This document shows positions 1 through 12,446 of a stretch of 64,000 nucleotides of DNA, piece by piece. The position numbers and the translations under genes were made by a program. Source of the stretch: Lepidodermella squamata (taxonomy: Eukaryota; Animalia; Gastrotricha). The notes under the pieces are model-generated. The model worked only from the letters and a program-made list of their open reading frames with translations. It made no database searches and had not been told where the DNA came from. How positions within the stretch are numbered: position 1 is the stretch's first letter; the number at the start of each line of letters is the position of its first letter. The stretch is from assembly GCA_047495785.1 (NCBI GenBank), contig JBLDXI010000029.1, positions 3,844,001-3,908,000 on the forward strand, written 5' to 3'.

Positions 1-801
1 CGCGACCTTCATTTTTATTCACTCATCGCCCTATCCGCCCATAGTAATTTTTCCGATTTTTAATTATTTTCTAAAATTCCCAGAGAAAATCTTTCATTTC
101 CCAAAAATTTTAAACAAATTTACCGGAATAATAGAAGCGCTCCTCTATCGAATGAGTCCCGTCTCATGAGACGGTTTTTTCCTAAATTTATTAAAATTTT
201 CTTAAAGTTTGTCACTTTTACGAAAAATTGCCATTTCAAGACTTTCAGGACGGTACAATTTTTCATTTTAAGCCGAAAAATTCCGAAAAAAATACTATGA
301 TCTTATTTGATTTTTTCTCTACCCAACGATATAAAACTCGTAAATGTAATATTGGGCTTTCGCGTAAAAACCCCACGCTCGTGTCGATTCTTTTACGCCA
401 GGAGTTGTTTCCCTGCTGAGATTTCCTTTCGATTTCTATGGTTAATTCAACGTCGTCTATCACCCCCATGAAATGCTACCCTTATCTCCCAGGTACTTTT
501 CCAGTTTCCGTCAAAATTCGGAATAATGGATACATGATTGAAGCAGGAATTTCCGAACCAGGTTAAAGCTGTTTAAAAGGCTAAAGAATCTCTATTTTAC
601 TGAGGTAGGACACTCCTACTGTTAATGCGTCGAAGATTTACAGGGCGCGTCTCTTTTAGTGGTAATAATCTATGCTAGAAATATCATTGTAATATTAGTA
701 GCCAGAATTCGAAGACGTTGAAGAAATCGACACTGAAACAATTCTAGCTGAAAATCATTCTGCAGTACTATAGTCCATCTTCCATTGAGCTTACAAGCAG
801 C

Positions 802-3800
802 ATGCTATCGAGCATTATTCTGGTGAGATGTTTTGAAAAAGCAATTCATATTTGTTTTGTATATCGGCTCTGAAAAAACAGATGTTTTCTCTTGCATCGA
901 GCGCAATTGGGCAACCCATGGGGAAAAGTAAGTCTCACGAGGTAGTGGAGAGTTTCTTTTTAGAAATGTCTTTTTGATTATTAATGGATTAATTGATAGA
1001 TTGCACGGATGCCTCGGTGCAATGCCCACAGCATCAAAGATGCGAATCCTTCTCGACTTTTGTAAGAAACACTGTGGAACCACTACATCGTTGAGTTTCA
1101 GCACGCGCGCTAATTGGTCAACGGTATTTGCATTTCGGCCAGTATGCGACTTTCAGGGGGGATGTGGGATCATCTCCCCCAGCTCAGCCGGGCCAGACAG
1201 CAAAATCAGAATTTATCCCACTGTTTTGTTAATTTTGGAAGGTTCTGGGGCGTGTTTTAGTGGAAAATTTCCAAAACTTTCTCGCTTCGCTCGGTTATTA
1301 GCCGAAATGACTCGTCGGCGTGCACGACCAAATAATTTTTTCCATCCCAGGGAGCTCGGGGATCGAAGATCGCACCCTGATTTTGGTCGCGCATTCGACC
1401 AATATGTTTAATGAGAAAATGACATTTCCAAACCACTTGCATAGTTTCAAATGACTACGGCAGTATGTTCGCAAACTCAGTTAAGTACCGGCAATTTTGG
1501 CGGCAGAAAATGTCCCTAACACTCTCGTCGTCTTAATCCAGCCGCACTGCCGGCTTATTTGTACATGTCATCGGCCAAATCAACTGATGTTCTTTGTAAA
1601 CATTGTCTCCTAATCAAGATTTCGACGAGAAAATTCAAAATTAATACCTATTTCCAATTTTCTACGGTGAATGATGCAGAACATTTCGCCGCATTGCGTT
1701 TGAAAGGAGCTAGGAGCTACTCAATCTTTATTATTCATAAGACATTCATCATGAACATATAACATAGTGGCTTCTTTCAAACGCAATGCGACGATTTTAT
1801 GAGACTACCCAAAAGGCACAATTGCAGTCTTGGAACCAGAATCAACTAATTCTAGACAATTGAAAACTGGTGACAATTGAGGGGAGTCATAGAAACGACC
1901 CATTGACCAATCAGCGTGGACTTTCTAGTGGTTTCTTAATGAAGGCTATGCAAAATGCCTGCTTTTCTAATTTACTGCTTATCTAGGATCCACCATGCAA
2001 GTCGAAAGCTTGCGTTTGTGAAGACTGCGCTAAGCGAGCAGATGAAATGGATATCTGTTTTCCGGGTACGTTTTTCCCATGGCATCGGAAAAAAATAACC
2101 TTTTCTTTTATCTTAGTCACTTACGTCAACTTCTTGAGCGACTCATGCGCCCCTAGAGATGTAGTAACCATACCCGGCGCGTCCTGTTTTTCCAAATCGA
2201 ACAAAATCAAGTGCCACCTTGGCAACCAGGGAAATGGCTGCGCCGCTCGGACACGATGCGGCAATGGAGCTTATGGTTATTGCGGTGGTTACAGCCGCGA
2301 ATGCGTGCAAGATTGGTGCGTTTGCGTGGTGGAGAACGAGGTTTTCGACTACAACACCGGCGGCTGTGTCGCTCGTCAAATCGGCGATTTATGCTCGAAG
2401 GATTCTGAATGCGCTATTACGCGCCAATATGGCAAGAAGAACTACTTGGTCTGCCGCAGTGGCAAATGCGCTTGCGATACGGAGCTTTCTGTTGAAACTG
2501 AGTACCGTGATTACAATTCTGAGTGGAATACCTACGATGTCAAGCGGGCTTGTCTGCACAAGAATGCCACGATTAACCTAAAACAGGGCGAGAAGTGCGA
2601 CCTTCCTGAGAACAGCCGGCCCCGGATGTGGATGGACTTCAGATGGCAATTTAACTGGGATGACGGCACGGTTCACGTTTGCGAAAAATCACTGATTTGC
2701 TTCGCTTGTATGGAAGATGGCAGTGTGGGGTTGTGCCGTGAGTTTTGAGGTGGCTTTTCAATGTGAATTCGACCCTGGGTGGTTTATTTACCTTTTTAAT
2801 ATGTTTCTGCTTTTTTGACCATAATTTTTAACCGGATTTCTACTTTTATAACCGCCCGAGTAACAGTGCTTTTACCGGCGAGGGGGAGGGGGCTCCGGCT
2901 GCATTTGAAAACCACCAGTTTGAAGGACGACGTGGCGTCAATGCGGCAAATTTAATAGATTTTCAATAATCATATTATTATAGACGCTGCTTGGTGGGTA
3001 AAACGAAGTTAGGCAGCTATCAAAGTCTGTCTTGGATGCTGCGTTACTGCTAAGATACATGCTGGGATGTCCACTTATTAACAGGCGTTGGTTATTTGGT
3101 TGTTAAATCATAAACAAATACCCGGGGAAAAAATTGAAAACCACCCTGTGAAAGCTGCAGTAAATACCGTGAACAGCTCTGATTTCTCCGCACTAGGCAA
3201 GTTTAATGGACCCATCGGAAAGACGGCTGATCAATGCGGGCGTAAACAATTCGTCTATTCCGGTCCGAAGCCCTCAGAAAGTGCTCCATTCAAGAGCCTT
3301 TCGAGGCAACGCCTGATCACAAGTGAGAACACAGTGATGCACTGTATAGTTTCGTTAATAAATTTATTTATTAATAGATTGCACCGATGCCTCGGTGAAA
3401 TGCCCACAAAATCAAAGATGCGAAGCCTTCTCCACTTTTGTAAGGAATTTCTTTGATTCGCCAATTACCTGCTTCTCTGTTTACAACCCTAAATAATCTA
3501 GGACCCACCATGCACGTCGAAAGCTTGCGTTTGTAACGACTGCGCCCTGCGACCATTGGAATATGGCGATGAATGTGTTCCAAGTATGTTTTTTTCTATA
3601 TAAAACCGTACAATGTTTCTTTTCTTCACCATGCAGCTACCTACATCAACTCCTTAAACTCTACCTGCACATCAACCCCTTGCGAGGTTGTAACCATACC
3701 CGGCTCGGCCTGTCATTCACCATCGAACAAAACCCAGTGCCTTAATGGCACACAGGGCAATGGTTGTAATACTGTGGCAAGATGCTCATCTAACGAAGAT

Positions 3801-4549
3801 TGTTTTGGCAGCGACCGCATTTGCGAGCAAGGTTGGTGCGTTTGCAAGTTGAAGTACCAAGTTTTCGACTACAACACCGGCAGGTGCGTCGAACCTCAAA
3901 TCGGCGATTCGTGTTCAAATAACACCGACTGTACTATTTCGTCCGATATTAAGAACTTTTTGGTCTGCCGCAGTGGCGAATGCGTCTGTGATACGAAGTA
4001 TTCTGTTGAAACCGAGTACCGTGAATACAATCAGGAGTGGAATAGCTTCGACGTCAAGCGTGCCTGTATTAGTGAGGAGTCCACTTTTAACCTGAAACAG
4101 GGCGAGAAGTGCGACGTTCTCGTAAACAGCCGGAAGTGGAACTTGAAGTGGAGACCGGAGTGGACTTTTAATAGGTACTTGCGGCCCTGGGAAGACAGCA
4201 AGATTCGGGTTTGCGAAAAATCACTGATTTGCTTCGCTTGCATAGAAGATGGCGACGGGGGACTGTGCCGTGAGTTTTGAGGTGGCTTTTTAATTCGAAT
4301 ATGACCTTACCATTAATAATAGGCAAGTTCAATGGAACCATTGGAAAGTCGGCTGAACAATGCGGGCGTAAAGAATTCGTCTATTCTGGCCCGAAGATGT
4401 TAGAAAGCGCTCCGACTAGATCCGTTGCCAGGCAACGCCAACTGACAAGTAAGCACAACGATACAATTGCCGGAAAGAACGACGTGACTTCGGCTGTGCC
4501 CTCAGCCACTATCCTGGCTGCTGTCCTGCTCGTCGTTTCAGCTTCATAG
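802..4549 (+). CDS. Gene A: two-module Cys-rich (EB-module-like) GPI-anchored surface protein, 10 exons
   Basis: Exons 802-822, 882-927, 1000-1061, 1987-2065, 2117-2737, 3197-3322, 3378-3439, 3502-3583, 3637-4269, 4323-4549 join in frame through GT-AG introns. Signal peptide MLSSIILMFSLASSAIG, two ~30-Cys modules with C-x5-C-xn-C-x4-C-x-C EB-like repeats, and a hydrophobic C-terminus SAVPSATILAAVLLVVSAS*. Confidence 0.85.
1140..1379. mobile_element. hAT-like MITE (TIR CAGGGTGCGA-type) in intron 3 of gene A
   Basis: Absent at the paralogous site in gene B. Ends are CAGTATGCGA / TCGCACCCTG with a degenerate 8-bp TSD ATTTCGGC/ATTTTGGT. Related copies at ~35242-35459 (inverted) and ~32180-32665. 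Confidence 0.7.
1687..1793. mobile_element. 107-bp foldback MITE with a 4-bp ATTT target duplication (Sola-like)
   Basis: TIRs CGCCGCATTGCGTTTGAAAGGAGC / GCTTCTTTCAAACGCAATGCGACG. The empty site ACATTTTATGAG is present in gene B. Confidence 0.7.
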
Positions 4550-5380
4550 TAACTGAATTGATCGCTCCGGCTGATTTATCTGAGGCAGACTGATGATGAC
4601 GAACCTTTCGAAACGCTAAAATAAATTTGGTAGTCCTAATCTGTAAATCGTAGCCAAACTTTAAATTGTCACTTACGCACCCAACAAATCGTGTAAAGTG
4701 TAAACACAAATGTGAAGCTGTAGCTAGATGCCAGATGTAGTAATTGGCAAGCCGAAACAATAAAATTGCCCCTCTATCCAACGCTATTATGAAGAGCGAG
4801 AATTTGACCATTTTTGACGATCTGATGTCCTCGCAATCAAATAAAGTCTCAGATCTACCACCTTTCCCCGTCTTCCGCCGCGTAAACCACGACTGTCATG
4901 ACCACCACCACGAGTAACACCAGGCGCCCCACGACCGCCGATAGCCAAGCCGCTAATCCCCGGACTAGGAACAACTTAAGCTCGCCTGCCACCACGGCCA
5001 CCGGGGCCTTGACCGGAGCTGTCGCCGGTAGTTTTCATCATTTCTTTCTTCATCCTCATCGTCCTCGCTCGGCTTGGCACGAGTTGGTTTTTTCGACCGC
5101 TTGGATTACTGTTCTTCAACAGTCACGAGGTGATCGGTCCCCTGGGCTCCATTCGGCTGCGTTTCTAGTTTTACTGCGTTTTACCGCAAGTGCTTTTACG
5201 GTAAAACTAACGCCGCACAAGCATTACGGTGACCTTGTTTGCTTGCTGCGGTAAAATAATTACCGTAAAATGGGGAGTTTTACCGAATCGCTAGTGAACC
5301 CATCATTTCCCACACCATATTGAATATTATAATATCTAAAAATACTGCAGAACTGCAGAAGTCGATGTTATTGTATATAT

Positions 5381-5568
5381 CGTTAGCGTCGTTGAATAAC
5401 TCGAATTTAGGCTTGTTTACATTCTTTTCAAGGCGAAAATTGACAAGTAAAAGTCTTTTGTTTTTTTGTCTCTTCATTCATGTTGAAAAAGCCGCTTTTT
5501 ACATGACACTTTTCACCATGAAACGGATGTAAACAAGCCTAAATCCGAGTTATTCAACGACGCTAACG
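5381..5568. mobile_element. ~190-bp MITE with ~40-bp TIRs, copy 1
   Basis: CGTTAGCGTCGTTGAATAACTCGAATTTAGGCTTGTTTACAT and its reverse complement, flanked by ATAT on both sides. Absent downstream of gene B. Confidence 0.8.
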
Positions 5569-6127
5569 ATATATTGCTCATCAGTGTGCGAAGTAGGATC
5601 CGGGAGCTGAGGTGTTTTCTACTTGTTTTCTAGGACACAGCTGAAGAAACCAAAGGTTCCCACCCTGTGGATTTCCAGCTTCCAGCCTTCCTCTGGTTGG
5701 AGTCTCTGGTTGGAGAGTGCTTTCGTTCCTTACAGATGAAGAAAGAGCTGCCGTTGCTACGCAAGCCGAAGTTAACAGCAGCCTCATTCTCGATCGGCGA
5801 GAAGCCAAGAATATTATTAGTTCATCAACATTGTTCAGCAACAGTGTACCTGGAAACACTCAATTTTCCCTATTCACCTTTCGAATCGTTCAAAATTTTC
5901 CACTGCACCATGAAAATTTTCAGCAATTTCCTGATGTAACCCAAGCCTATTCGTTGGTGTTCTGATGAAATGGCTCGTCTCCTGAAATATGCCGTCGTAA
6001 ACAGCTATTATGATTCGTTTGATGTTGGGGGAATTCATTTTGTTACATGTCGTATGTTGGAGTTCATTCATTAAAAAATTACTTTCTCTTTTACTTTGGC
6101 CTGGTATTTTAATAGTAATCCTCTCAA

Positions 6128-6898
6128 CCCTTTCACGGCTGGAAGGACGATTTCGGAATTTTGACTTTGAAAATTCGCAGAAAATTGAATTTGATGAATT
6201 CTTGATCGCCTTTTTGAGGAATATTGCTTTTCGATGTTGGTTACAAGGTTTTGAGACCAGGGCACCGTTATCTTGCATGGTCAGGACATACTAGCAATTT
6301 GAAAATAATCAACCTGAGATTGGAATTTCGATTTTTTTCAACTTGAAATTTCATAGATTTCTGAGTATTCTTTCATCCGACAACAAATACCACCGTGTCC
6401 GCCAGAGTCTCATTGACCTCTGTGTAAATTGTTTCGAGTTGGAAATAAAAAATGACGACGCTATTGAACTTTAATCAGACCGGCCGGCCTATCCGCCAGG
6501 AATTATACAGGCGGAGTGCGTGATTTTTGAGCTGCAAAAACTGTCGCGAACAAAAACTAGAAAAGCTGAATTCGGATCTGAATGCTGAGCCTCTGAAACT
6601 TTTTTAAACTGACCGTTTTCGGCGATTCAAGTGAGGGAGAATCTTATGGACATTCATGGGAGTAATTTATATCTAAAATTCCAAAACTGAAGACACCTGA
6701 CACAGAAATTAGGGTGCTCGAAAAATCGCCTGAAATTAGCTCGGCGGATAGGACGAATTCGGCCACTTTTTGTGCAGCCTTAACGGTGATAGATAAAGAC
6801 AAACGGCTATCAAAATCGTTATCAAGGCCTTCGAAAACGCCTAAAACTACTGTCAGATATTTTTTCTCCCGCAGATAAATAATTCCGCCATGAAAGGG
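6128..6898. mobile_element. Non-autonomous piggyBac-like element
   Basis: TIRs CCCTTTCACGGC / GCCATGAAAGGG, flanked by TCAA/TTAA. The paralogous empty site CCTCTTAAAATG is at ~14190. A partial inverted relative lies at ~25850-26097. Confidence 0.75.
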
Positions 6899-8591
6899 TT
6901 AAATGGCTAATGTTCCCGTTTCGTAAAATACAGTTTGGAACTCTACATGAAGCCATGAAATCAGAAGAAAAATCATCGCTAAATCGTAAATTATCGATGT
7001 GATTTCTCAGCAATTATGAAAATAAGCTACCCGCTCAAAAATCGCCGGTCAAACCTGCGAAAAGTGCTACGCAGATATTCAAAATTGTTCAGTTTTCAAG
7101 TTTCAAAGTCTAACTAAAAATGCAGCCTATTACGCGCATTCCGGCGCGATTATATGCAATGTTACGATCATGACCTCGTTCTGGCAGAATATTATTGATT
7201 GGTGTGAAAACTAATTTATGAATGGCGGCGCCCGTATGTCTGCTGAGGAGGCGAGTTTTCGCCTCATCGCATATTGCATTATCGCGGCGCGGCCAGTTGT
7301 GTTTTTATGAACATATCAATTTTTGACAGGAAAGTCTGCATTGGCAAGGGAGTGCGCTACCGAAGGCCTTTTTCCATGTAACACCCAGAAAAAAAACGTT
7401 CGTTCCAATTTATGATTCTCTTTAGTTAACTTTCTGCAGAATACCGTGCACCAACTGCAAAAAATCCCTGTTGTTATGCGGAAAATCCTTCTTGTTATGC
7501 AAGATTAAGCTATTACATTGCTCAATATAGAATTGTCCTAAAAAATTGCTGTGCCAATTCGATATTTTACGATATAATATTCGTAGATCGTCGATACCTG
7601 AAATCGCCGTACTTGATTTGAAACAACTCGTCTTCGACTCGTTCCATTCGTTCAGATATGAACTCTTTACTCATGTTATAGCAGACAAAAATGGAAGGCA
7701 CATACAACGCACATAACGTTTTCATACAGAAAACTTACTGATTGCTCGCATCTCATGCGAAATATTGGACAATATGGGTAAGGCTTCTGCTGCCCGAGAA
7801 AAAGTTACGCCGCTCGCAAATGTATGAATTACTACGCGGCTGCGCTGATGCATGGGTTTTTCCCTTCCTTCCACTTTCAGAGTTTCCCATACTTCTTCAC
7901 TATCACTAAAGTGGCTGGCTTTCTCCTAGTTCCTGAAACTAAATAGTAAAAAATAATGATTGCTGAAAGACGACACACTATACCTTCCATGAACCCGTGC
8001 AGGTTGTCTGTAAACATTTTTTAACTTTAGAGCGTAGTTTGCGCTCAAAATACGAGCGCATCATTTTGTGACCATTATGCATATTAGGCTATTCATCTTT
8101 TCATAATGAATTATTCCCCTAAAGCTTGGTATTTGAAGAACAGTGGGTCACGACTTGAATTGAAATGACATGTGGGGTCACGGAACAAAATTTGCATCAA
8201 GAACCACCGGGCTATTCCTTCGATAATTCGCTTTTTTCTTAAGTATCGGAATCAAGATTAGCTTAGGAAAGTCGCCAGGCTGCCCAAATTATGTTGATCA
8301 GTTCAAACACTCTGCCACTCTGTATATTCCTATTTCCTTTATCGCTATTAGCTTCTTTCTTGTAATATTTCGTCGCATGAGACATTTTCTATAGCTCGTT
8401 CCGATTCTTTTACGCCGAGTTCTGCTAACACGCCGAAGATTTACAGGGCGTGTCTATTATAGTGGTAATAATCTATGCTACCAATAATCATTGTATTAGT
8501 AGCCCGAGTTCAAAGACTTTAAAGAAATCGACATCTGACAAACTGACTGGGAAGCATTCTGCAGTACTCTTCCATTGAGCTTACAAGGAGC

Positions 8592-11500
8592 ATGCTATCG
8601 AGCATTATTCTGGTGACATGTTTCTTTGAAAAAGCAATTCATATATTTGTTTTATATTTCCTCTCTGGAAAACAGATGTTGTGTCTTGCATCGAGCGCTA
8701 ACGGGCAACCCTTGTGGAAAAGTAAGTCTCACGACTTCGTGGAGAGTTTCTTTTTGGAAATGTCTTTTGGATTATTAATGGATTAATTGTTAGATTGCAC
8801 GGATGCCTCGGTGCAATGCCCAAAGTATCAAAGATGCGAATCCTTCTCGACTTTTGTAAGAAACATTATGAAACCACTACATCGTTGAGTTTCAGCACGC
8901 GCGCTAATTGGTCAGCGGTCTTTGCATTTCGGCCGCGCATTCGACCAACATGTTTAATAACAAAATGACATTGCCAAACCACTTGCATATAGTTTCCAAT
9001 GACTACGGCTGCAGATTCGCAAACTTAGTTAACTATAACGGCAATTTTGGCGGCAGGAAATGTCCCTAACACTCTCGTCGTCTAAATCCAGCCGCCCTGC
9101 CGGCATATTTGTACATGTCATTGGCCAAATCAACTGATTTTCTTTGTAAAAATTGTCTCCTAATCAAGATTTCGACGAGAGAATTCAAAATTAATACCTA
9201 TTTCCAATTTACCACGGTGGATGATGCAGTACATTTTATGAGACTACCCAAAAGGCACAATTGCACTGCCTTGGCACCAGCCTCAAAAAATTCCAGAAAG
9301 CGGGAAAGACAAAGTGGAAAACTCGTGACAATCTCATTCAAGGAGTAGAAAATCGCCAAAATTTGCAAGATAGTCCATCGATCGGATTTTCGAAAGCCGC
9401 ATTTCAACCATCATTTTACCAAAAAAATTGAGCGGAGTCATAGAAACGACCCATTGACCAATAAGCGTGGACTTTCAAGTGGTTTCATAGTGAAGGCTAT
9501 GTCTATTTGACTTTTCAAATCTAGGATCCACCGTGCAAGTCGAAAGCTTGCGTTTGTGAAGACTGCGCTAAGCGAAACGACGCACTGGATATCTGTTTTC
9601 CGGGTACGTTTTTCCCATGGCATCGGAAAAATAACCATTTCTTTTATCTCAGTCACTTACGTCAACTCCGTAAACGACTCTTGCGTCCCTGGCGTAGTCG
9701 TAACTGTACCAGGCGCGTCGTGTTATTCCGAATCGAACAAAATCCAGTGCCACCTTGGCAATCAGGGAAATGGCTGTGCCGCTCAGACACGATGCGGCAA
9801 TGGAACTGATGGTTTTTGCGGTGGTTACGACCGCGAATGCGTGCAAGATTGGTGCGTTTGCGTGGAGGAGAACGAGGTTTTCGACTACAACTACGGCAGC
9901 TGTCGTGCACGTGAAATCGGCGATTTATGCTCGAAGGATTCTGAATGCGCTATTAAGCGCGAATATGGCAAGAAAAACTACTTGGTCTGCCGCAGTGGAA
10001 GATGCGCGTGCGATACGGAGGTTGCTGTTGAAGCCGAGTACCGTGAATACAATTCGGTGTGGAATACCTACGATGTCAAGCGGGCTTGCTTGCACAAGAA
10101 TGCCACGATTAACCTAAAACAGGGCGAGGAGTGCGACTTTTTTGATAACAGCCGGCACTGGATGTGGATGGACACTGGATGGCAATGGAAATGGGAAGAC
10201 GGGACGGTTAGCATTTGCGAAAAATCGCTGATTTGCTTCGCTTGTATGGAAGATGGCAACGTGGGCTTGTGCCGTGAGTTTTGCGGTGGCTTTTCAATGC
10301 GACTTTGACCCTGGGTGTTTTATTTACTTTCTTTTATTTTTCTGATGTTTTAACCATAAGTTTTAACCGGGTGTCTACTTTTATGACCGCCTGTGTAACA
10401 GTGCCTTAATCGGGGTGGGAAGGGGGCTATGGCTACATTTGAGAGCCAATAATGCTTTCAAGGACGACTATGGCGCGGTGCTGTGCGTCAGTGCAGCAAA
10501 TTTATTAGATTTTTCATAGATAAGGGTTAACCTTTATCTAGGAGATTTTTAAATATGAAAATATTAGAGACGCTGCTTAGTGGGTAAAACAACGTTTGGC
10601 GGCTTCTGGCAAGCAAAGTCTGCCTTGGATGGTGCGTTACTGCTAAGGTACATGCTGGGATTTCCACTTATTAACAGGCGTTGGCTATGGTTGTTAAATC
10701 ATAAATGAATACTGGGGAAAAAACAAATGAGAGCCACCCTGTAAAACTGCAGTAAACACTGTGCAGAAAACACTCTGATTTATCCGCACTAGGCAAGTTC
10801 AATGGACCCATCGGAAAGTCGGCTGAACAATGCGGGCGAAAGAAATTCGTCTATTCTGGCCCGAATCCCTTAGAAAGTGCTCCATTCAAGAGCCTTTCCA
10901 GGCAACGCCTGATCAAAAGTGAGCGCACAACAATGCACTGTATAGTATCGTTAACAAAATGTTCCATTATTTAATAGATTGCACAGATGCCTCGGTGAAA
11001 TGCCCACAAAATCAAAGATGCGAAGCCTTCACCATTTTTGTATGCGGGCATTCGCTTTGCAAATTACCTGCTTTTCTATTTACAAACCTGAATGTAGGAC
11101 CCACCATGCACGTCGAAAGCTTGTGTTTGTAACGACTGCGCTCTGCGACCATTGGAATACGGTGATGAATGTCGCCCAAGTGCGTTTTTTTCTTTATAAA
11201 ACCGTAGAATGCTTATTTTTTCACCGTGCAGCTACCTACATTAACTCCTTAAACTCTACCTGCACATCCACCCCTGGCGAGGTTGTAACCATACCCGGCG
11301 CGGCCTGTCATTTACCGTCGAACAAAACCCGGTGCCTTAATGGCACACAGGGCAATGGTTGTAATACTGTGGCAAGATGCTCATCTAACAAAGATTGTTT
11401 TGGCAACGACCGCATTTGCGAGCAGGGTTGGTGCGTTTGCAAGTTGAAGTACCAGGCTTTCGACTACAACACCGGCAGGTGCGTCGAACCTCAAATCGGC

Positions 11501-12446
11501 GATCCGTGTTCAAATGACACCGACTGCTCTATTTCAGACTATCTTTGGAATTACATGGTCTGCCGCAGTGGAGAATGCGTCTGTGAGAAGTATTCTGTTG
11601 AAACCGAGTTCCTTGAATACAATCTCGAGTGGAATAGCTTCGAGGTCAAACGGGCTTGTATTAGTCCGAAGTCCACTCTTAACCTGAAACAGGGCGAGAA
11701 GTGCGACGTATTGTTAAACGGCCAGAAGTGGAACCTCAATTGGAGACCGGAATGGATTTTCAGCAATCACTGGTGGCGCTGGGAAAAAAGCAAGATTCGG
11801 CTATGCGAGAAATCACTGATTTGCTTCGCTTGCATAGAAGATGGCGACACGGGATTGTGCCGTGAGTTTTGAGCATAGAGAACGTAGTGGTCAGAGTGTG
11901 CACTCACGCTCTTTCTCTCGAATCAAAAACCTTTTTGTGTGCGCGCATTCTTTTTTAAATTATTGTACATGGTAATTTTGTGTATTTTAACATTTTTGCG
12001 CGGAAATCGGCCTTCACGTATTTCCTTGAAATAACACCTTTCAAATAATTCGATCCTGCTTTTTCACGTGGCAATGGTTGCAGGGATATTCGAAAAGTTC
12101 GGAGGAGTTTTCATTTATTTTTTGTTTCAGTGTCGCATCGTGAGCGCGAACTCAGATCACTTCGCTCTCTATGGTTCTGAGGTAGCTCTTTAATGTGAAT
12201 TCGACCGTACCATTAATAGGCAAGTTCAATGGAACCATTGGAAAGTCGGCTGACCAATGCGGGCGTGAAGACTTCGTCTATTCTGGCCCGAAGATGTTAG
12301 AAAGCGGTCCGACTAGATCCGTTGCCAGGCAACGCCAACTGACAAGTAAGCACAACGATACCATTGCCGGAAAGAACGGCGTGACTTCGGCTGTGCCCTC
12401 AGCCACAATCCTGACGGCTGTCCTGCTCGTCGTTTCAGCTTTATAG
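8592..12446 (+). CDS. Gene B: two-module Cys-rich GPI-anchored surface protein, paralog of A
   Basis: Same 10-exon layout and phases as A (ATG 8592, hybrid linker exon 10793-10918, stop 12446). No in-frame stops were seen in the exons. Confidence 0.85.
11874..12173. mobile_element. 300-bp MITE with an 8-bp TSD (P- or hAT-like) in the last intron of gene B
   Basis: ~35-bp imperfect TIRs starting CATAGAG and TSD GTTTTGAG/GTTCTGAG. The empty site is present in gene A. Confidence 0.8.

Noticed and set aside
2219-2581. Recurring alternative-frame ORFs (MATREMAAP..., also at 9755, 19738, 23109, 27432, 36706) as an overlapping gene family
   Set aside because: They are shadows of the conserved Cys-rich exon, with variable starts and ends, mostly non-ATG starts and no independent splice support.
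2738-2748. ORFs ending GLCREF* as real C-termini or secreted isoforms
   Set aside because: REF* is read-through of the GTGAGT donor. The conserved next exon supplies the 30th Cys. Intron retention cannot be excluded but has no support here.
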